Of a DNA stretch of 58,912 bases, positions 43,501-53,330 are shown piece after piece. A program made the position numbers and the translations under genes. The notes beneath the pieces were generated by a model that ran no database searches, was not told where the DNA came from, and was given only the letters and a program-made list of their open reading frames with translations. Source of the DNA: Nemertoderma westbladi (lineage: Eukaryota > Animalia > Xenacoelomorpha); contig JAUCBJ010005532.1 of the NCBI GenBank assembly GCA_032718475.1, forward strand, positions 1-58,912. The letters run 5' to 3'. The stretch's first letter is position 1. Each line of letters opens with the position of its first letter.

Positions 43501-46500
43501 ATGTCTAACAAACTACATAGTGTCTAATAGTAAAGCTATTTAATGTCTAACAAACTACGTAGTGTGCAATGGCGAAGCTATTTAATGTCTAACAAACTAC
43601 ATAGTGTCTAATAGTAAAGCTATTTAATGTCTAACAAACTACATAGTGTGCAATAGCAAAGCTATTTAATGTCTAACAAACTACATAGTGTCTAATAGCA
43701 AAGCTATTTAATGTCTAACAAACTACGTAGTGTGCAATGGCGAAGCTATTTAATGTCTAACAAACTACATAGTGTCTAATAGTAAAGCTATTTAATGTCT
43801 AACAAACTACGTAGTGTGCAATGGCGAAGCTATTTAATGTCTAACAAACTACATAGTGTGGAATAGCAAAGCTATTTAATGTCTAACAAACTACATAGTG
43901 TCTAATAGCAAAGCTATTTAATGTCTAACAAACTACATAGTGTCTAATAGTAAAGCTATTTAATGTCTAACAAACTACGTAGTGTGGAATGGCGAAGCTA
44001 TTTAATGTCTAACAAACTACGTAGTGTGGAATAGCAAAGCTATTTAATGTCTAACAAACTACATAGTGTCTAATAGCAAAGCTATTTAATGTCTAACAAA
44101 CTACATAGTGTCTAATAGCAAAGCTATTTAATGTGTAACAAACTACATAGTGTCTAATAGCAAAGCTATTTAATGTCTAACAAACTACATAGTGTGGAAT
44201 AGCAAAGCTATTTAATGTCTAACAAACTACATAGTGTCTAATAGCAAAGCTATTTAATGTCTAACAAACTACATAGTGTCTAATAGCAAAGCTATTTAAT
44301 GTCTAACAAACTACATAGTGTCTAATAGCAAAGCTATTTAATGTCTAACAAACTACATAGTGTCTAATAGCAAAGCTATTTAATGTCTAACAAACTACAT
44401 AGTGTCTAATAGCAAAGCTATTTAATGTCTAACAAACTACATAGTGTCTAATAGCAAAGCTATTTAATGTCTAACAAACTACATAGTGTGGAATAGCAAA
44501 GCTATTTAATGTCTAACAAACTACATAGTGTCTAATCGCAAAGCTATTTAATGTCTAACAAACTACATAGTGTCTAATAGCAAAGCTATTTAATGTCTAA
44601 CAAACTACATAGTGTCTAATAGCAAAGCTATTTAATGTCTAACAAACTACATAGTGTGGAATAGCAAAGCTATTTAATGTCTAACAAACTACGTAGTGTG
44701 GAATGGCGAAGCTATTTAATGTCTAACAAACTACGTAGTGTGCAATGGCGAAGCTATTTAATGTCTAACAAACTACATAGTGTGGAATAGCAAAGCTATT
44801 TAATGTCTAACAAACTACATAGTGTGGAATAGCAAAGCTATTTAATGTCTAACAAACTACATAGTGTGGAATGGCGAAGCTATTTAATGTCTAACAAACT
44901 ACATAGTGTCTAATAGCAAAGCTATTTAATGTCTAACAAACTACGTAGTGTGCAATGGCGAAGCTATTTAATGTCTAACAAACTACATAGTGTCTAATAG
45001 TAAAGCTATTTAATGTCTAACAAACTACGTAGTGTGCAATGGCGAAGCTATTTAATGTCTAACAAACTACATAGTGTCTAATAGCAAAGCTATTTAATGT
45101 CTAACAAACTACATAGTGTGGAATGGCGAAGCTATTTAATGTCTAACAAACTACATAGTGTGGAATGGCGAAGCTATTTAATGTCTAACAAACTACATAG
45201 TGTCTAATAGCAAAGCTATTTAATGTCTAACAAACTACATAGTGTCTAATAGCAATGCTATTTAATGTCTAACAAACTACATAGTGTCTAATAGTAAAGC
45301 TATTTAATGTCTAACAAACTACATAGTGTGGAATGGCGAAGCTATTTAATGTCTAACAAACTACATAGTGTCTAATAGTAAAGCTATTTAATGTCTAACA
45401 AACTACATAGTGTCTAATAGTAAAGCTATTTAATGTCTAACAAACTACATAGTGTCTAATAGTAAAGCTATTTAATGTCTAACAAACTACATAGTGTGGA
45501 ATGGCGAAGCTATTTAATGTCTAACAAACTACATAGTGTCTAATAGTAAAGCTATTTAATGTCTAACAAACTACATAGTGTCTAATAGCAATGCTATTTA
45601 ATGTCTAACAAACTACATAGTGTCTAATAGTAAAGCTATTTAATGTCTAACAAACTACATAGTGTGGAATGGCGAAGCTATTTAATGTCTAACAAACTAC
45701 ATAGTGTCTAATAGTAAAGCTATTTAATGTCTAACAAACTACATGGTGTCTAATAGTAAAGCTATTTAATGTCTAACAAACTACGTAGTGTGGAATGGCG
45801 AAGCTATTTAATGTCTAACAAACTACATAGTGTCTAATAGTAAAGCTATTTAATGTCTAACAAACTACATAGTGTCTAATAGTAAAGCTATTTAATGTCT
45901 AACAAACTACATAGTGTCTAATAGTAAAGCTATTTAATGTCTAACAAACTACATAGTGTGGAATGGCGAAGCTATTTAATGTCTAACAAACTACATAGTG
46001 TCTAATAGTAAAGCTATTTAATGTCTAACAAACTACATAGTGTCTAATAGTAAAGCTATTTAATGTCTAACAAACTACATAGTGTGGAATGGCGAAGCTA
46101 TTTAATGTCTAACAAACTACATAGTGTCTAATAGTAAAGCTATTTAATGTCTAACAAACTACATAGTGTCTAATAGTAAAGCTATTTAATGTCTAACAAA
46201 CTACATAGTGTCTAATAGTAAAGCTATTTAATGTCTAACAAACTACATAGTGTGGAATGGCGAAGCTATTTAATGTCTAACAAACTACATAGTGTCTAAT
46301 AGTAAAGCTATTTAATGTCTAACAAACTACATAGTGTCTAATAGCAATGCTATTTAATGTCTAACAAACTACATAGTGTCTAATAGTAAAGCTATTTAAT
46401 GTCTAACAAACTACATAGTGTGGAATGGCGAAGCTATTTAATGTCTAACAAACTACGTAGTGTGGAATGGCGAAGCTATTTAATGTCTAACAAACTACAT

Positions 46501-49500
46501 AGTGTGCAATGGCGAAGCTATTTAATGTCTAACAAACTACATAGTGTGCAATGGCGAAGCTATTTAATGTCTAACAAACTACATAGTGTCTAATAGTAAA
46601 GCTATTTAATGTCTAACAAACTACATAGTGTGGAATGGCGAAGCTATTTAATGTCTAACAAACTACGTAGTGTGGAATGGCGAAGCTATTTAATGTCTAA
46701 CAAACTACATAGTGTCTAATAGTAAAGCTATTTAATGTCTAACAAACTACATAGTGTGGAATGGCGAAGCTATTTAATGTCTAACAAACTACGTAGTGTG
46801 GAATGGCGAAGCTATTTAATGTCTAACAAACTACGTAGTGTGGAATGGCGAAGCTATTTAATGTCTAACAAACTACATAGTGTCTAATAGTAAAGCTATT
46901 TAATGTCTAACAAACTACATAGTGTCTAATAGTAAAGCTATTTAATGTCTAACAAACTACATAGTGTCTAATAGTAAAGCTATTTAATGTCTAACAAACT
47001 ACATAGTGTGGAATGGCGAAGCTATTTAATGTCTAACAAACTACATAGTGTCTAATAGTAAAGCTATTTAATGTCTAACAAACTACATAGTGTCTAATAG
47101 CAATGCTATTTAATGTCTAACAAACTACATAGTGTCTAATAGTAAAGCTATTTAATGTCTAACAAACTACATAGTGTGGAATGGCGAAGCTATTTAATGT
47201 CTAACAAACTACATAGTGTCTAATAGTAAAGCTATTTAATGTCTAACAAACTACATAGTGTCTAATAGTAAAGCTATTTAATGTCTAACAAACTACATAG
47301 TGTGGAATGGCGAAGCTATTTAATGTCTAACAAACTACATAGTGTGGAATGGCGAAGCTATTTAATGTCTAACAAACTACATAGTGTCTAATAGCAAAGC
47401 TATTTAATGTCTAACAAACTACGTAGTGTGCAATGGCGAAGCTATTTAATGTCTAACAAACTACATAGTGTCTAATAGTAAAGCTATTTAATGTCTAACA
47501 AACTACGTAGTGTGCAATGGCGAAGCTATTTAATGTCTAACAAACTACATAGTGTCTAATAGTAAAGCTATTTAATGTCTAACAAACTACATAGTGTGGA
47601 ATGGCGAAGCTATTTAATGTCTAACAAACTACGTAGTGTGGAATGGCGAAGCTATTTAATGTCTAACAAACTACATAGTGTCTAATAGTAAAGCTATTTA
47701 ATGTCTAACAAACTACATAGTGTCTAATAGTAAAGCTATTTAATGTCTAACAAACTACATAGTGTCTAATAGTAAAGCTATTTAATGTCTAACAAACTAC
47801 ATAGTGTCTAATAGTAAAGCTATTTAATGTCTAACAAACTACATAGTGTGGAATGGCGAAGCTATTTAATGTCTAACAAACTACATAGTGTCTAATAGTA
47901 AAGCTATTTAATGTCTAACAAACTACATAGTGTCTAATAGCAATGCTATTTAATGTCTAACAAACTACATAGTGTCTAATAGTAAAGCTATTTAATGTCT
48001 AACAAACTACATAGTGTGGAATGGCGAAGCTATTTAATGTCTAACAAACTACATAGTGTCTAATAGTAAAGCTATTTAATGTCTAACAAACTACATAGTG
48101 TGGAATGGCGAAGCTATTTAATGTCTAACAAACTACATAGTGTCTAATAGTAAAGCTATTTAATGTCTAACAAACTACATAGTGTCTAATAGCAATGCTA
48201 TTTAATGTCTAACAAACTACATAGTGTCTAATAGTAAAGCTATTTAATGTCTAACAAACTACATAGTGTGGAATGGCGAAGCTATTTAATGTCTAACAAA
48301 CTACATAGTGTCTAATAGTAAAGCTATTTAATGTCTAACAAACTACATAGTGTCTAATAGTAAAGCTATTTAATGTCTAACAAACTACATAGTGTCTAAT
48401 AGTAAAGCTATTTAATGTCTAACAAACTACATAGTGTGGAATGGCGAAGCTATTTAATGTCTAACAAACTACATAGTGTCTAATAGTAAAGCTATTTAAT
48501 GTCTAACAAACTACATAGTGTCTAATAGCAATGCTATTTAATGTCTAACAAACTACATAGTGTCTAATAGTAAAGCTATTTAATGTCTAACAAACTACAT
48601 AGTGTGGAATGGCGAAGCTATTTAATGTCTAACAAACTACATAGTGTCTAATAGTAAAGCTATTTAATGTCTAACAAACTACATAGTGTCTAATAGTAAA
48701 GCTATTTAATGTCTAACAAACTACATAGTGTCTAATAGTAAAGCTATTTAATGTCTAACAAACTACGTAGTGTGCAATGGCGAAGCTATTTAATGTCTAA
48801 CAAACTACGTAGTGTCTAATAGTAAAGCTATTTAATGTCTAACAAACTACATAGTGTCTAATAGTAAAGCTATTTAATGTCTAACAAACTACATAGTGTC
48901 TAATAGTAAAGCTATTTAATGTCTAACAAACTACATAGTGTGGAATGGCGAAGCTATTTAATGTCTAACAAACTACATAGTGTCTAATAGTAAAGCTATT
49001 TAATGTCTAACAAACTACATAGTGTCTAATAGTAAAGCTATTTAATGTCTAACAAACTACATAGTGTCTAATAGTAAAGCTATTTAATGTCTAACAAACT
49101 ACATAGTGTCTAATAGTAAAGCTATTTAATGTCTAACAAACTACATAGTGTCTAATAGTAAAGCTATTTAATGTCTAACAAACTACGTAGTGTGGAATGG
49201 CGAAGCTATTTAATGTCTAACAAACTACATAGTGTCTAATAGCAAAGCTATTTAATGTCTAACAAACTACGTAGTGTGGAATGGCGAAGCTATTTAATAT
49301 CTAACAAACTACATAGTGTCTAATAGCAAAGCTATTTAATGTCTAACAAACTACATAGTGTCCAATAGCAAAGCTATTTAATGTCTAACAAACTACATAG
49401 TGTGGAATGGCGAAGCTATTTAATATCTAACAAACTACATAGTGTCTAATAGCAAAGCTATTTAATGTCTAACAAACTACATAGTGTCCAATAGCAAAGC

Positions 49501-50485
49501 TATTTAATGTCTAACAAACTACGTAGTGTGGAATGGCGAAGCTATTTAATGTCTAACAAACTACATAGTGTCTAATAGCAAAGTTATTTAATGTCTAACA
49601 AACTACATAGTGTCTAATAGCAAAGCTATTTAATGTCTAACAAACTACATGGTGTCTAATAGCAAAGCTGTTTAATGTCTAACAAACTACATAGTGTCTA
49701 ATAGCAAAGCTATTTAATGTCTAACAAACTACATAGTGTCCAATAGCAAAGCTATTTAATGTCTAACAAACTACATAGTGTCTAATAGCAAAGCTATTTA
49801 ATGTCTAACAAACTACATAGTGTCTAATAGCAATGCTATTTAATGTCTAACAAACTACATAGTGTCCAATAGCAAAGCTATTTAATGTCTAACAAACTAC
49901 GTAGTGTCCAATAGCAAAGCTATTTAATGTCTAACAAACTACATAGTGTCTAATAGTAAAGCTATTTAATGTCTAACAAACTACGTAGTGTTCCAATAGC
50001 AAAGCTGTTTAATGTCTAACAAACTACGTAGTGTCCAATAGCAAAGCTATTTAATGTCTAACAAACTACATAGTGTCTAATAGTAAAGCTATTTAATGTC
50101 TAACAAACTACGTAGTGTCCAATAGCAAAGCTATTTAATGTCTAACAAACTACATAGTGTCTAATAGCAATGCTATTTAATGTCTAACAAACTACATAGT
50201 GTCCAATAGCAAAGCTATTTAATGTCTAACAAACTACATAGTGTCCAATAGCAAAGCTATTTAATGTCTAACAAGCTACGTAGTGTCCAATAGCAAAGCT
50301 GTTTAATGTCTAACAAACTACATAGTGTCTAATAGCAAAGCTATTTAATGTCTAACAAACTACATAGTGTTTAATAGCAATGCTATTTAATGTCTAACAA
50401 ACTACATAGTGTCCAATAGCAAAGCTATTTAATGTTTAAGAAACTACGTGGTGTCCAATAGCCAAGCTATTTAATGTTTTAGAAA
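1540..50485. repeat. 42-bp satellite array, ~1165 copies (~49 kb)
   Basis: Unit: ATG T[C/A/G]T AAC AAA CTA C[A/G]T AGT GT[GGAATGGCG | CCAATAGCA | CTAATAG(C/T)A]A AGC [TAT/GAT/TGT] TTA. ATG positions 1543, 3769 and 46399 differ by exact multiples of 42. There is a 1-bp insertion at ~49991, and the units degenerate after ~50270. Confidence 0.99.
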
Positions 50486-50995
50486 CCAACTTAACGCTGT
50501 TAGTTTAATGTATTTTTGTATTCTTTGACACAAAAATTAGTTAATTTAACAGAAAACCTAGAACTTGGTGGCCGTGTACTGTACAGTACATGATCACAAG
50601 CTAAGGTGTCTGAAAAGATAAGATTCCATTATCTCGGTGGACGATATTAAGTTAAATAGGTTTGATATATCAGTAGATTGGTAATTAACAGTACACCTTC
50701 CTTGAATATTAAGTAGGGTGGTAGGGTACCTTGGGGACTAGCAGATGTTGTTAGTTAGGGGTAACTACAGTGTAGTAATAAGTTACGTAGTCCAGTTAGT
50801 CAGATAAATCAAATTATTAAAATTATTCTGCCCTCGAAATCATATTAATTTATTTACTTTGAAGTTGTTGGAGAATTCGACGATGTTCTACCACTGTATC
50901 ATATCAACGAATTTTAGAGAAACGTCTATAAGTTAAATTTTTTATACAATTAAAACTTATATTTAATAGCATAATACGAAATCTCACGTCAAGGG

Positions 50996-51131
50996 CTACT
51001 ACTACTAGGTCGAGCGAAACTCGGACAGTGGAAATGAGATCCTTCCAGGCTTCCCGATTCTACTACTACTGTACTACTAGGTCGAACGAACTCGGACAGT
51101 GGAAATGAGATCCTTCCAGGCTTCCCGATTC
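50996..51131 (-). repeat. Tandem duplication of the LINE 3' end, each copy with its own (TAG)n tail
   Basis: + strand: (CTA)4-GGTCGAGCGAAACTCGGACAGTGGAAATGAGATCCTTCCAGGCTTCCCGATTC (50996-51060), then a CTA-rich tail followed by GGTCGAACGAACTCGGACAGTGG...CCCGATTC (51061-51131). Confidence 0.93.
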
Positions 51132-53330
51132 TCCATAGTTGTCGCAATTTCGTTTCTCCCAAGTTCAGTATCCCTTTCAAGTTGATCTATATATGTTATG
51201 GCCGGTCGTCCACGACTACGCTTTCCATGAGTTGGTTGCCAGAGAAGTAGACCTGGTATGACCTCGTCTTTACTTCGCCAGCAGTGCCCACTGAATCTTA
51301 ATCTGCGTTCACGGAGGGTGGTTGATACAGGTGGTATTGTACCATAAAGCTCGGCGTTTGTCATATGTTGTCTCCAGCTGATGTTTAGGGCTGCCCTTAG
51401 TTGTCTTGTGTAGCAACCATCAATTCGTTGTTCAAGTGATTTAGTCAGTGTCCAGGTCTCACCCCCGTATAAAAATACACTTTCCACTGTGGCTCGAAAG
51501 AACTTAGTCTTTAGGTGCCTGGAGAGATCTGATTTCCAGATGGTATCCATTTTTGATAGAGCTACCCAAGCCTTTGCTTTCCTAACTTCTATGTCCTTTT
51601 TGCTACTCTCTATCCATGATCCAAGGTACTGGAAGTCATCGACCTTCCTTAGTTGATTATTATCAATGGTTGTCAAGTTTCCATCAACATTAAAGGTCAT
51701 GAATTCGGTCTTGGTAGCATTTATATGCAATCCAACCTCCTTAGCAGCCCTCTCCACTTTATTTAGTAGAAGCTGTGCATCTGCTAGCGTATTAGAGAGC
51801 AGGGCGATGTCATCCGCAAAGGTGGTGTCTGTGACTGTAGATGCCGGATATCTACTACTTCTGCGTTTTTGAAGTGTGAATCCCAGATCTTCACCCTTTG
51901 TGGCCGTCCTCATTGCGTAATCCAGCACAATTACAAATAGTAATGGTGCTAATGTGTCACCTTGCAGTACGCCAGCCAGGATTGAGAAAAACTCAGTTTC
52001 ACCATCTGGTGAGAGTACCTGCGCTTCTGTGTCACAATATAACAATCCAATGCCAGCAACAATTACTTCTGGTATTCCATAAGCTCTTAGGATTTCAAGC
52101 ATTTTACCTCTATGGATGGAGTCGAATGCCTTCTTGAAGTCCACAAAAGTCATGACTGCGGGGAGATTCTTTGACTTAATTCCTTCAATCAGTCTCCGTA
52201 GTGCAAGTATCTGAGATATTGTTGATCTACTTGGTCGAAATCCGTTTTGGCTCTTACGCAGTAGTTTCTCTATGTGAGGCCTAATCCTATATAGAATCAT
52301 TTTATTGTATATTTTGGCAGCTACCACAAGCAGACAGATCCCACGATAGTTTGTTGGTATGCCGAGGTCTCTTTTCTTGGGGAGAGGCTTTAGTTGACCT
52401 TTAGTCCAAATTGGTGGTGGCTATTCCCCTTTTAACATCCGGTTGCAAACATTCAATAATGGTCTATTTAGCACTCCGGTTTTCCATACCTCCGCTGGGA
52501 TTTCATCTAATCCACTCGCTTTATTATTGGACATGCTTTTAATGCTTTCTTTGGAGTTAGGCAGGTGTGAAGTCCCCTGTTTCTATAGGTAGTGTCTTGT
52601 CATATATTTTCCTTGTAGGGCTGACCTCGATGTTTGGTGGCTGCCCAAGCAAGTTGCTGAAGTGATTTTTCCACTTCCCAACACGTTCTTCAGGACTATC
52701 GGCTTTGAGGCGCCCCTTTGCACAACTTTTCCGACCAGATACCTCATTTACAGTTTGCCAGGTAAGTATTGATTGTTGCTGTATGTGAGCAGTTGTAATT
52801 GCTTCAGTTTTATCCTGTATGTACTTTTCCTGGCTGATGTTGTAGGCCAATTTAAGATCGTCCTTAGCTTTCTCAACCTTGTTAATGTTTTAGGTTGTTG
52901 GTTGTTCGGTTTTAACTTTGTAGGCTATCTTAAGATCTTCTCTCTTACAAGTAACCTCAGAGTTTTGCCATGGCACATACTGTTTTCGTTTGGGTTTCTG
53001 GGGGATATGCCTCTTAGCTGATTCCTTGTGGGCTGTTATTATAGTCTGGTATATTGAATCGGTGGATTGGTCTTCATCCATTGACTGAAGTGCTTCAAAG
53101 CGGTTTTGAACTTCTACTGTATAAGCATCCTTTACCGCATTGTCAGTTCTGAGTTTCTCCCAGTCATAGTTGATTTGCTTGCTTGTCCTGGGTTTGCTGG
53201 CTCTCAAACTGAGTCTGATCTCTGCAGTCACAATTCTGTGGTCCGAACCAATTAGGTTGAACGAGCTGTATGCCTCGCAGTTGATCATGCTATTTCTCCA
53301 CTTTTTGTTTATAAGGATGTAATCCAGTTA
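51077..53330 (-). pseudogene. Disrupted endonuclease-reverse transcriptase ORF of the RTE element
   Basis: ORF pieces at 52890-53288, 52557-52850 and 51077-52327. In-frame stops at 52890-52892, 52557-52559 and 52421-52423, one frameshift near 52553, and the N-terminal part of the endonuclease is missing. Confidence 0.9.

Larger units (their letters stand above)
50996..53330 (-). mobile_element. 5'-truncated non-LTR retrotransposon (LINE), RTE clade
   Basis: The minus strand encodes the C-terminal end of an apurinic-like endonuclease (LDYILINKKWRNS...GSDHRIV) and a reverse transcriptase (KASGLDEIPAE, NYRGICLL, QNGFRPSRST, FVDFKKAFDSI, GVLQGDTLAPLLF, FADDIALL, FQYLGS). The C-terminus is RTE-type (GKRSRGRP...YIDQL...MENREAWK) with no zinc finger. 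The stop codon runs straight into a (TAG)n tail. Confidence 0.92.

Noticed and set aside
3769-46593. Long ORFs (up to 624 aa) of MSNKLxSVEWRSxL repeats and their antisense ORFs
   Set aside because: A 42-bp unit without stops gives open frames automatically. Stop-containing units are interspersed throughout, and a 14-aa period is shorter than a complete LRR. There is no evidence of translation.
3769-49540. TGGAATGG motif resembling human satellite II/III; centromere or telomere identity
   Set aside because: An 8-bp match is expected by chance. Centromeric function cannot be read from sequence, and the array appears to be intronic.
1540-50485. CRISPR array
   Set aside because: There are no unique spacers, only a few recurring variants. 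There are no cas genes and the context is eukaryotic.
1540-50485. VLR-like library of LRR donor cassettes for somatic receptor diversification
   Set aside because: Diversity is limited to a few sites, the units are partial LRRs in head-to-tail tandem, and the host gene looks like a hormone-receptor-type GPCR rather than an immune receptor. Nothing here supports somatic rearrangement.
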